Of a DNA stretch of 64,000 nucleotides, positions 28,223 through 37,001 are shown in pieces (position 1 is the stretch's first letter; every line of letters starts with the position of its first letter). The notes below the pieces were generated by a model. That model saw only the letters and a program-made list of their open reading frames with translations. It had not been told where the DNA came from and searched no databases. The translations under genes and the position numbers were made by a program. The DNA lies in sequence record DRR378314_2472; one strand, given 5' to 3'.

Positions 28223-29344
28223 TCAGGCCGTTTTCTCCACAAATACGGTTCCGGCGGAATAACCGGCTCCGAAAGAGCAGATCAAACCGCGATCGCCGGG
28301 CTTGAAGTCGCCTGAATATTTGTGGAAGGCGATGATGGAGCCGGCCGAAGACGTGTTGGCATAGGTGTCCAACACGGTCGGGCTTTCCTCATCGGTTGCT
28401 TCTCTCCCCAAGACCTTTGACGAGATCAGGCGGTTCATGTTTGCGTTCGCTTGATGCAACCACATGCGGCGCAAATCGGTTGGGGCGATGTTCAGTTCGC
28501 CCAGTTGTTCCCCAATCATCGTGGCAACCATTGGCACCACTTCCTTGAACACTTTGCGCCCTTCCTGAACAAACAGCTTGTCGGGCGCGTCAATGCCTTC
28601 CGGTGCGGCGCGGTTCAGGAAGCCGAAATTGTTCCGGATATTATTCGAAAACTGCGTCTTCAGCTTGGTGCCGAGAATTTTCCAATGGCCGACCGGCGCT
28701 ATGCTGACATCTTCCACTAGGACAGCCGTTGCGACGTCGCCGAAGATGAAGTGGCTGTCGCGATCCGTAAAGTTCAGATGCCCCGAGCAGATTTCCGGGT
28801 TGACCATGAGGACGGATTTGGCGCTGCCAGAGCGCACGAAGTCTGCTGCGGTCTGGATGCCGAAGGTTGCGGAAGAGCAAGCGACGTTCATGTCGAATGC
28901 GAAACCGCCACATCCAAGCGCGTCCTGAATTTCCACGGCCATGGCAGGATAGGCGCGCTGCATGTTTGAGGCGGCGCAGATCACGGCGTCCACGTCTTCG
29001 GGCTTGCGCCCGGCGCGCTCCAGCGCATCTTTGGCGGCTTTCACAGCGATTTCGGCCAGGACCGAAATCTGCTCGTTCGGACGCTCTGCAATACGGGGGG
29101 CCATGATGTCCGGATCCAGAACGCCAGTCTTGTCCATCACATAGCGGGATTTGATGCCGGACGCCTTTTCGATGAATTCGACCGATGAGTGCGTCTTTGG
29201 CTCCAGCAGGCCGGCGGCGATATCTGCTTCCCGCTCGCGGTTCCAGTTGTCGGCCCAAACATTGTAGCTGTCGACCAATTCCTTGTTGGAAATGGAGTTG
29301 GGAGGCGTCCAGAGTCCTGTCGCCGAAATGACTGGTGTATTCAT
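28223..29344 (-). CDS. Beta-ketoacyl-ACP synthase III (long FabH-family type)
   Basis: DMNVACSS (Cys), LHQAN (His), YANTSSA (Asn) and FGAG. Confidence 0.92.
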   Translation of the reverse strand: MNTPVISATGLWTPPNSISNKELVDSYNVWADNWNREREADIAAGLLEPKTHSSVEFIEKASGIKSRYVMDKTGVLDPDIMAPRIAERPNEQISVLAEIAVKAAKDALERAGRKPEDVDAVICAASNMQRAYPAMAVEIQDALGCGGFAFDMNVACSSATFGIQTAADFVRSGSAKSVLMVNPEICSGHLNFTDRDSHFIFGDVATAVLVEDVSIAPVGHWKILGTKLKTQFSNNIRNNFGFLNRAAPEGIDAPDKLFVQEGRKVFKEVVPMVATMIGEQLGELNIAPTDLRRMWLHQANANMNRLISSKVLGREATDEESPTVLDTYANTSSAGSIIAFHKYSGDFKPGDRGLICSFGAGYSAGTVFVEKTA

Positions 29345-29459
29345 GCCTGCCCTCTTTGTCCGATCCGGATAACCCAGACCGTTATCGCATTTTTCTACAA
29401 TGGTTTGTGTCTGCGGGAAGTTTGGTCAACTTCCGGTGATTTGCAAGTACCGAGGCTGT

Positions 29460-29780
29460 TTAGTCTTTTGGGGCGCGTAGCCCGGAATCGACCGTTTCCC
29501 GAACTGCTTCGCGGGGCAGACCCTGAGCTTCGTTTATGGCCTCGCGTTCTTCCGCCGCTTTCATTCTTTCGGCGTAGGATGCAGCATTTCGCTCCTGCCG
29601 CGCTTCAAGCAGCGCGATCTCTGTGTCTATGCACCGGTCTCGCGTTTCAGGATCGGGGGCTGTCCGGCAGCGGCTCCAGGCTTCGGCGCGGTTTGCCTTG
29701 TCCATTGAAGACGTTGCGCAGCCAGCGAGAAATGGCACCGCGACCAGAAGGGCAGCGGTAATCATTGAGGCTTTCATCAA
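29460..29780 (-). CDS. Hypothetical lipoprotein
   Basis: Lipobox LAGC; helical, with a Cys pair; abuts tag. Confidence 0.75.
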   Translation of the reverse strand: MMKASMITAALLVAVPFLAGCATSSMDKANRAEAWSRCRTAPDPETRDRCIDTEIALLEARQERNAASYAERMKAAEEREAINEAQGLPREAVRETVDSGLRAPKD

Positions 29781-30359
29781 TCACATCTCCTGAACGGCCT
29801 TGTGTCGCGGACAGGATACATCATGGTCATTGACCATGCCAACTGCCTGCGCCCATGCATAAACGATCGTTGGGCCCACGAATTTGAACCCACGTTTCTT
29901 GAGATCCTTCGACATTGCAGCGGACCAGTCGGTGTGAGTGGGCGCATCGCGGAAATGTTTCCACTGGTTCACAATGGGCTGGCCGCCCACAATTTGCCAG
30001 CAATAGTCGGAAAAGCTGTCACCTGATTCTTCCATCGCAAGGAATGCCTGAGCATTGCCGATCACCGCGTCGACCTTTTTGGGGCTCCGGATGATGCCGG
30101 GGTTTTTCAGCGCTTTGGCTGCGCGGGCGGGCGTCCAGCGGGCGAGCTTTTCGGGGTCGAAATTGTCGAACTCTTCGCGGATGCTGTCGCGCTTGCGCAA
30201 TATGGTGATCCAGGCCAGTCCGGCCTGCATGCCGTCCAGTTGCAGTTTCTCCCAGAGCGCGCGCCCATCGCGCTCCGGCACGCCCCATTCGGTGTCATGA
30301 TAGGTCCGATAGAGCTCGTCTGACGGCGGGGCCCATGCGCAGGGATATGTGTCACTCAC
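29781..30359 (-). CDS. tag: DNA-3-methyladenine glycosylase I
   Basis: CAW...YHDTEWG, QAGLAWITIL, GFKFVGPT and NDH..SC. Confidence 0.95.
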   Translation of the reverse strand: MSDTYPCAWAPPSDELYRTYHDTEWGVPERDGRALWEKLQLDGMQAGLAWITILRKRDSIREEFDNFDPEKLARWTPARAAKALKNPGIIRSPKKVDAVIGNAQAFLAMEESGDSFSDYCWQIVGGQPIVNQWKHFRDAPTHTDWSAAMSKDLKKRGFKFVGPTIVYAWAQAVGMVNDHDVSCPRHKAVQEM

Positions 30360-31164
30360 CGGCTGGCTCCGCGATGTGACTGTCCACCTCCGCGCGTTGC
30401 CATTCCGTGAGCTCGAACGTCACAGATGCGCCGTTGCAGGTGAACGTCAGTCCATCCTGCTCAGCCTTGGCAAGCCGGTCCGTGCGGATCAGAGCGAGTC
30501 CAACTGATCCGGCCACGCTGGTGAGACTGCCTATGGGGGTGCCTGCGACGATGTCTGCGCCCGCTTCCAGGGCCTCACCCGTCACCTTCACGGTGCGCTT
30601 GCGAATCTTGCCCTTGCGCTTCATGCGGCTGGCGACTTCCTGACCGACGAAACAGCCTTTCTTGTAGTCGATACCCGACATCATATCCATGTTGATGTCA
30701 GTCGGGAAAACTTCCGCTGCGCGATAGTCTGAGCCCCATTCCGGAACGCCGGCTGCGATCCGGGCGGCATGCCATTCCTGTTCGGGCATATCGATTCCAG
30801 AGACACCCGACGGCGTGATTGCGCGATGCGGCATTTGCGGCGACCTGACGTCCACCCAACTCCCTTCGGTCACGACATCATCGGTCAGCCGTTCAATCGT
30901 CACATCATTGCGCATTCTGAACATTTTCAGGCGCTTTTCGAGGTCATCCGCCGCGTCGATGTGGACATCCAGATAGATGTTTTCCAAGGCCAGCATGGCC
31001 AGGTAATCGGCAATCACCTTTCCTTGCGGCGTCAATAACGCGCCATAGCGCATCTCACCCGTCTGCCAATTGTCGACGGAGTGTGTGACAGTGCGGCCCA
31101 GCAGGTGAAGCATGTCAGGGCCGGTCAGGCGAATGATCGCGCGATGGGGGAGAATGCGTTTCAT
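30352..31164 (-). CDS. ygfZ: YgfZ/GcvT family folate-binding Fe-S repair protein
   Basis: LLTPQGK and KGCFVGQEV signature; start at ATG 31164 (MKRILP). Confidence 0.88.
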   Translation of the reverse strand: MKRILPHRAIIRLTGPDMLHLLGRTVTHSVDNWQTGEMRYGALLTPQGKVIADYLAMLALENIYLDVHIDAADDLEKRLKMFRMRNDVTIERLTDDVVTEGSWVDVRSPQMPHRAITPSGVSGIDMPEQEWHAARIAAGVPEWGSDYRAAEVFPTDINMDMMSGIDYKKGCFVGQEVASRMKRKGKIRKRTVKVTGEALEAGADIVAGTPIGSLTSVAGSVGLALIRTDRLAKAEQDGLTFTCNGASVTFELTEWQRAEVDSHIAEPAGE

Positions 31165-31271
31165 CTGCCTGTTGTAAGTATGGCAAGGTGGCTTCTCAAG
31201 TCCGACGTTCCATTCAAGGCTCGGGAAAACCACACTTGACTTAGGCCGCGCGGAGTCACACCCCATTTGCC

Positions 31272-32606
31272 ATGACCTATGATCTGATCCTGAAAGGCGG
31301 CACCGTCGTTTCTCCCGGCGGCATGGCGCAAACCGACATCGGCGTGAAGGGCGAGCGTATTGCCCATATCGGCGACCTGACCGGCGTTGATGCCGGAGAA
31401 ATCTATGACGCAACCGGCCTGCACATTCTGCCCGGCGTGATCGACAGCCAGGTTCACTTCAGGGAACCGGGACTGGAGCACAAGGCGGATCTCGAAACAG
31501 AAGCTCGCTCTGCCGCGCTGGGCGGCGTCGTGGCCGTGTTCGAGATGCCGAACACAAACCCGTCCACGATCACGCCCGATGCGTTGACTGATAAGCTGGC
31601 CCGCGCGAAGGGCCGGATGGATACCGATCATGCGTTCTATGCCGGCGCGACACATGACAACACAGATGTGTTGCCAGAGATGGAGCAGATGCTCGGTTGT
31701 TGCGGTGTGAAAGTCTTCATGGGCGCGTCGACCGGAGATTTGTTGATCCAGGACGATGAAGGCGTTGAAGCCGTGCTGCGCGCTATCAAGCGTCGCGCCG
31801 CATTCCACTCGGAAGACGAGTATCGACTCGAGGAACGCCGCAGCCTGGCCGTGCAGGGGGATTGGCAAAGTCATATTGTGGTTCGCGATGTTGAGGCCGC
31901 TGTCAGTTCTACGCGCCGCTTGTTGCGCCTTGCCCGCAAGACCGGAAAACGCATCCACGTGCTGCATATCTCCACCGCTGAGGAAATGGAGTTGCTGCGC
32001 GATGCGAAGGATCTGGCCAGTGTGGAAGTCCTTCCGAACCACCTCACGCTGGCTGCGCCCGACTGTTATGAGCGCCTCAAAGGCTTTGCCCAGCAGAACC
32101 CGCCCGTGCGCGAACAACGCCATCAGGACGCCCTCTGGCGGGCGCTGAATGCCGGGATCGTGGATGTACTAGCGACCGATCACGCGCCACATACGCGCGA
32201 AGAGAAGGAGCGGCCCTATCCTGCCTCACCATCCGGCATGCCGGGCGTGCAGACGCTCGTGCCGGTGATGCTGACCCATGTGAACAACGGAAAGCTCAGC
32301 CTTCAGCGTTTCGTCGAACTGACGAGCGCGGGGCCGCAGCGTGTCTTCGGGCTCGCAGACAAGGGCCGTATCGCGGAAGGCTATCATGCGGACTTCACGG
32401 TGGTGGACCTGAAACGCAAGGAAACCATCACGCATGACTGGACGAAGTCCAAATGTGGATGGACACCTTATGATGGTTTCGAGGCGACTGGGTGGCCCGT
32501 TGCAACCATCATTCGCGGCGGGTTCGTCATGCGCGACGGTGAGATCGTGAAGAAGGGCGGCGGACAGCCCGTCCGCTTCAACGAGACGCTGGAGCCGATC
32601 AGCTGA
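31272..32606 (+). CDS. pyrC: Dihydroorotase
   Basis: PGVIDSQVHFREPG, EMPNT, HVLHIST and ATDHAPH. Confidence 0.88.
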   Translation: MTYDLILKGGTVVSPGGMAQTDIGVKGERIAHIGDLTGVDAGEIYDATGLHILPGVIDSQVHFREPGLEHKADLETEARSAALGGVVAVFEMPNTNPSTITPDALTDKLARAKGRMDTDHAFYAGATHDNTDVLPEMEQMLGCCGVKVFMGASTGDLLIQDDEGVEAVLRAIKRRAAFHSEDEYRLEERRSLAVQGDWQSHIVVRDVEAAVSSTRRLLRLARKTGKRIHVLHISTAEEMELLRDAKDLASVEVLPNHLTLAAPDCYERLKGFAQQNPPVREQRHQDALWRALNAGIVDVLATDHAPHTREEKERPYPASPSGMPGVQTLVPVMLTHVNNGKLSLQRFVELTSAGPQRVFGLADKGRIAEGYHADFTVVDLKRKETITHDWTKSKCGWTPYDGFEATGWPVATIIRGGFVMRDGEIVKKGGGQPVRFNETLEPIS

Positions 32607-32631
32607 ACCTGATGTGGGTGGAGCGGGGCGC

Positions 32632-33417
32632 ATGAAGAAAGAGCGCAAGGGCCTGAATCGGATTCTATTCTGGCTGTATGAGGGCACAGGCAGGTGGCCG
32701 TTCCTGTTCCGCTGGGCCATGCTGGCGTTTGATTTCATCACGATCGGCTATTTCCTGTGGGCCCCGTTTGACCAACGGGACCGCGCGCATTTTGCAATCG
32801 ACTACGTGATTGGCGGCGTGATCCTCGCGGATCTGCTGGCGCGGTTTTACATTGCGCGGCACCGATGGAACTTTGTCATCCGGCCCATAAACATTGCGGA
32901 TCTTGTCGTCGTGGTGACCATGTTTGCACCGCTGCTTGTGTCGAACTTCGCGTTTCTACGCGTGTTGCGTGCGGTGCGCGCCATCAGGGCCTTTACATTT
33001 ATCAAGCGCGTGAAGGTTCTTACGCCCTTCTTCCAGCGGCATGAGCGGATCATCGACAAAGTGACCAATCTGGTCGTGTTTGTCTTCATCATGGCTGCCC
33101 TGGTCTACTCCACGCAGGTCGGGATCAATGATGGCATTCACACTTATATCGATGCGCTCTATTTCACGGTGACCAGCCTGACGACGACCGGATATGGCGA
33201 CGTATTGATGGTAGGCCCCGGTGGGCGGTTGCTCTCCATCATCGTCATGGTGCTCGGCCTGACCCTATTCTTGCAATTGCTGCGAACCATTGTGGAGCCG
33301 CGCGACAAGGTGGAGCAGGAGTGCGAAGAGTGCGGTCTGCGCTTCCACGAACGTGACGCGGTGCATTGCAAGCATTGCGGAGAAGTGATCCATATTCCGA
33401 CACCGGGGTTTGAATAA
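32632..33417 (+). CDS. Potassium channel family protein with C-terminal zinc ribbon
   Basis: S4-like LRVLRAVRAIR; filter TTTGYGD; C-terminal CEEC...CKHC. Confidence 0.87.
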   Translation: MKKERKGLNRILFWLYEGTGRWPFLFRWAMLAFDFITIGYFLWAPFDQRDRAHFAIDYVIGGVILADLLARFYIARHRWNFVIRPINIADLVVVVTMFAPLLVSNFAFLRVLRAVRAIRAFTFIKRVKVLTPFFQRHERIIDKVTNLVVFVFIMAALVYSTQVGINDGIHTYIDALYFTVTSLTTTGYGDVLMVGPGGRLLSIIVMVLGLTLFLQLLRTIVEPRDKVEQECEECGLRFHERDAVHCKHCGEVIHIPTPGFE

Positions 33418-33456
33418 CCGGAAAGATAAAAACATACGGGAAGAAACGCTCACATC

Positions 33457-35331
33457 ATGCCAGATACGTCGGACATACCCTTCCGCGAAGTTCCTTACCT
33501 TCCTCAAAAGCTGAACGTAGACCGCAGACCGGATGGCACAATCTATCTGGATAATGGTCAGCCGCTGAAGGCCTGTCCGTCGCACATGCTGGCGCCACTG
33601 GTGCATTGGGCAGAGCATCGCCCGGATACGGTCTGGCTGGCTGAACGCGACCCGGAGAATCCGGCTGCGGAAGGCTGGAATACGCTGACTTATGCTGCCG
33701 GGCTGGACGCGGTGCGCCGTCTTGCTCAGGGGTTTCTGGATGCCGGCGCCGGGCAAGATGCGCCGCTGATGATCCTGTCACGCAACTCTATCGCCAACGC
33801 GCTGGTGATGTACGCCGCGATGTGGGCCGGCAGCCCGGCTGTGCCCGTGACCCCAGCTTATGCGCTGCTCAGCGAAGACCTAGGGCGCCTCAAATACATT
33901 GATGGCCTGACGCAGCCCAAATTCATCTATGTCGAGGATGGCGCAGACTATCAGCGCGCTTTGGACGGGCTGGATCTTCAGGGGCGGCTGGTCATCTATA
34001 GCGGACGTGCACCAGAGCGCTGTGATGCAGTCCGGCTGGAGCAGTTCATGCGCGCGCCAACCGAGGCGGTGCAAGCGGCGTATGACCGGCTGACTCCGGA
34101 CACGGTCGCGAAGTACATGATGACGTCCGGCTCCACCGGAGAACCGAAAACCGTCATCAACCTGCAAGGCATGGTGTCATCCAATGCCCGCATGATCCGA
34201 TCGGTCTGGGATGAAGAACGTCTGGACGAGATGACCGGCGGGCCTCAGGTGATGTGCAACTTCCTGCCGTGGAGCCATACTTACGGCGCGCATTCCATCC
34301 TGCACAATATGCTCGACTGGGGCGGGACGCTCTACATTGACCAGGGCGCGCCGACGCCCGCCCGCCTGCCAGAAATGTTACGAAATCTGAAAGAGGTTTC
34401 CACAACCCAGCATACGACTGTCCCCGCAGCGTGGGCGGCGCTGGCCACCGAGTTGGAGCGTGATGATCAGCTGGCGGAGGTGTTTTTCAGGCGTCTCGTC
34501 TGCATGGCCTATGGTGGCGCATCCATGGGGCAAGACATTTATGAGCGCATTCAGGCGGTTGCTGTGCGCATCACCGGCGAGCGCATTTCCCTGTCTGCTG
34601 GGTATGGTGCAACCGAGACGGCACCGACTGCGTCAAACGTGCATTGGCCGAATGACCGGATGGGCCTGATTGGTCTGCCCCTGCCGGGCAACACGTTCAA
34701 GATGGTGCGGAATGCGGAAAAGATGGAATTGCGCGTAAAAGGCGTGAATGTCACGCCGGGCTATTTCCGCAATGAGGCGAAGACGAAAGAGGCGTTTGAC
34801 GAAGAAGGCTTCTACAAGCTTGGTGATGCGGTGAAGTTTGTAGACCCGGATGCGCCAGAGCGCGGGCTTGCGTTTGACGGCCGCACCGCCGAGGAGTTCA
34901 AGCTGGCAAACGGCACATGGGTGTCTGCAGGAACCGTGCGTGTCCAGGCCGTTGCAGCGACTGGTGGCGCGCTGTCTGATGCAGTCGTTTGTGGCCTGAA
35001 TCAGAATGACATCCGGCTTCTGGGTTTTGTGAATGAAGCATGGTGCAAGCGGCTCGTCGGCGATGACCTGCCCATAGAAGAGCTGATCCGGCACCCAGCA
35101 GTGCATGAAAAAATCAGCGCGGGACTGGCGGTGCACAACAAGGCGCATCCAAATGTTTCGGCACGCGTAGCGCGGGTCCTGTTGCAGGCTACCGCTCCGC
35201 TGGCGGATAATGGAGAGATCACGGAGAAGGGATACATCAACCAGTCCCGTACGCAGGCCTTGCGGCAAGACCAGGTGGATATTCTCTACAAGGATACGGG
35301 CGATCTGCCTGACAATCTTCTGATCCTTTAA
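33457..35331 (+). CDS. Feruloyl-CoA synthetase-like AMP-binding enzyme
   Basis: MTSGSTGEPK, LPWSH, GYGATET, FDGRTAEEFKL.NGTWV and EITEKGYINQ. Confidence 0.82.
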   Translation: MPDTSDIPFREVPYLPQKLNVDRRPDGTIYLDNGQPLKACPSHMLAPLVHWAEHRPDTVWLAERDPENPAAEGWNTLTYAAGLDAVRRLAQGFLDAGAGQDAPLMILSRNSIANALVMYAAMWAGSPAVPVTPAYALLSEDLGRLKYIDGLTQPKFIYVEDGADYQRALDGLDLQGRLVIYSGRAPERCDAVRLEQFMRAPTEAVQAAYDRLTPDTVAKYMMTSGSTGEPKTVINLQGMVSSNARMIRSVWDEERLDEMTGGPQVMCNFLPWSHTYGAHSILHNMLDWGGTLYIDQGAPTPARLPEMLRNLKEVSTTQHTTVPAAWAALATELERDDQLAEVFFRRLVCMAYGGASMGQDIYERIQAVAVRITGERISLSAGYGATETAPTASNVHWPNDRMGLIGLPLPGNTFKMVRNAEKMELRVKGVNVTPGYFRNEAKTKEAFDEEGFYKLGDAVKFVDPDAPERGLAFDGRTAEEFKLANGTWVSAGTVRVQAVAATGGALSDAVVCGLNQNDIRLLGFVNEAWCKRLVGDDLPIEELIRHPAVHEKISAGLAVHNKAHPNVSARVARVLLQATAPLADNGEITEKGYINQSRTQALRQDQVDILYKDTGDLPDNLLIL

Positions 35332-35367
35332 CCAGCTCAAACCAGACAAAACAAAAAGGGATACCGG

Positions 35368-36939
35368 ATGACTGACCAGCCAATACAAACCATGACGGGT
35401 GCGGAAGCGCTTGTTTCCACGCTGGCCGATCATGGGGTGACCGCCTGTTTTGCCAATCCGGGCACATCGGAGATGCACCTTGTTACTGCGCTGGATCACG
35501 AGCCACGTATCAAGTCGACGCTCTGCCTGTTTGAGGGTGTGGCAACAGGGGCGGCTGATGGTCATGCGCGTGTGACGGGCGTGCCGGCCATGACGCTGTT
35601 GCACCTCGGCGCTGGGTATCTGAATGGTGGTGCCAATATCCACAATGCACGCCGGGCCTGGACGCCGATGGTCAATGTGATCGGAGACCATGCGGTTCCA
35701 CACCAGCGCTTTGACGCCCCGCTGGCGTCTGATGTGGTTGGAATGGCGGGGCCAAATTCCCGTTGGATCAAATCGGCTGATACGGTTGCGCAGGCGGGCG
35801 AACTTGCCGCGCAAGCCTGGGAAGCGAGCTTCGGGCCAGAGCCCGGCCCTGTGTCACTGATCCTGCCTGCTGACACGGCTTGGCTGGAAGGTGGCAAGCC
35901 GGGCGCCACACGTGCACGGCCATCCTTGCGGGCACCAGATCCGGCGCGCATCGATGCCGCCGCCGCGGCGGTGAAATCCGCCAGCAAGCCCGTGATCATC
36001 ATAAACGGCACAGCCTTGACCGAGGCAGGCCTGGCGCAGGCAGCGCGGGTAAAGGCGGCCGGAATCCGTGTGCTCACCGACACCTTCTTCCCGCGTCAGG
36101 CGCGTGGGGCCGGTCGCTTCGTGCCGGACCGGATGCAATACTTTGCCGAAGGCGCAATGGCGGATCTGGAAGGTTCGGATCTGATGTTGATTGCTGGCAC
36201 GCAAGTGCCTGTGGCGTTTTTCGCGTATCCGGGCAAGCCGAGTGTTCTCGTCCCTGAAGGCTGCGCACCGATGGTGATTGGCGGGCCGGATACCGATAGC
36301 GCCGCGATCCTGGCAGCCTTGGCGGACGCACTCGGTACGAAAGAGGCGGCCCCTGTCGCAGGGCTTGATGTGCCGGGTGCGCCGACTGGTGCACTCAACG
36401 CGGCTGCCATCGGTGCGTCCATTGCGCGTCACATGCCAGAAGGGTGTTTCGTTTCGGACGATGGCGTTTCCAATGGACTGCCGAGCTTTCTGATGACGCA
36501 GCGTGCCCGCCCGCACGACTGGATGATGCTGACCGGTGGTGCCATTGGCCAAGGAATGCCGCTCGCGTTGGGCGCATCACTTGCCGCGCCTGACCGCAAG
36601 ACCCTTTGCATCACCGGTGACGGCGCAGGCATGTATACAAATCAGGCGCTTTGGAGCATGGCGCGGGAGGGCGCGAACGTGGTCAATGTCGTGTTCGTCA
36701 ACCATTCCTACCGCATTCTGAACATCGAACTTGCGCGGACTGGCGCGGGCAATCCCGGCCCGGCGGCTCAGGAACTGCTTGGCCTTGGCCATCCGGAGAT
36801 TGATTGGGTGAAACTGTCAGAAGCCCAAGGCGTACCGGCGGCGAATGCGACAACAGCTGAAGAGTTTGACGCGGCGCTTGAGCGCGCCTTTGCAGCTGAT
36901 GGGCCGCGCCTTATCGCTGCGCATGTTCCAGCGCGCTAG
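35368..36939 (+). CDS. Thiamine diphosphate enzyme, acetolactate synthase large subunit-like
   Basis: CFANPGTSEMH, LFEGVATGAADG and GDG...N ThDP motif. Confidence 0.87.
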   Translation: MTDQPIQTMTGAEALVSTLADHGVTACFANPGTSEMHLVTALDHEPRIKSTLCLFEGVATGAADGHARVTGVPAMTLLHLGAGYLNGGANIHNARRAWTPMVNVIGDHAVPHQRFDAPLASDVVGMAGPNSRWIKSADTVAQAGELAAQAWEASFGPEPGPVSLILPADTAWLEGGKPGATRARPSLRAPDPARIDAAAAAVKSASKPVIIINGTALTEAGLAQAARVKAAGIRVLTDTFFPRQARGAGRFVPDRMQYFAEGAMADLEGSDLMLIAGTQVPVAFFAYPGKPSVLVPEGCAPMVIGGPDTDSAAILAALADALGTKEAAPVAGLDVPGAPTGALNAAAIGASIARHMPEGCFVSDDGVSNGLPSFLMTQRARPHDWMMLTGGAIGQGMPLALGASLAAPDRKTLCITGDGAGMYTNQALWSMAREGANVVNVVFVNHSYRILNIELARTGAGNPGPAAQELLGLGHPEIDWVKLSEAQGVPAANATTAEEFDAALERAFAADGPRLIAAHVPAR

Positions 36940-36943
36940 ACCT

Positions 36944-36983
36944 AAAAAGGGCGATACAACCGCCGGTCGTATCGCCCATTCTT
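36944..36983. terminator. Bidirectional intrinsic terminator
   Basis: AAAAA-GGGCGATAC...GTATCGCCC-ATTCTT between convergent genes. Confidence 0.75.
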
Positions 36984-37001
36984 CAAGTGCTCAGATGAGA
37001 T

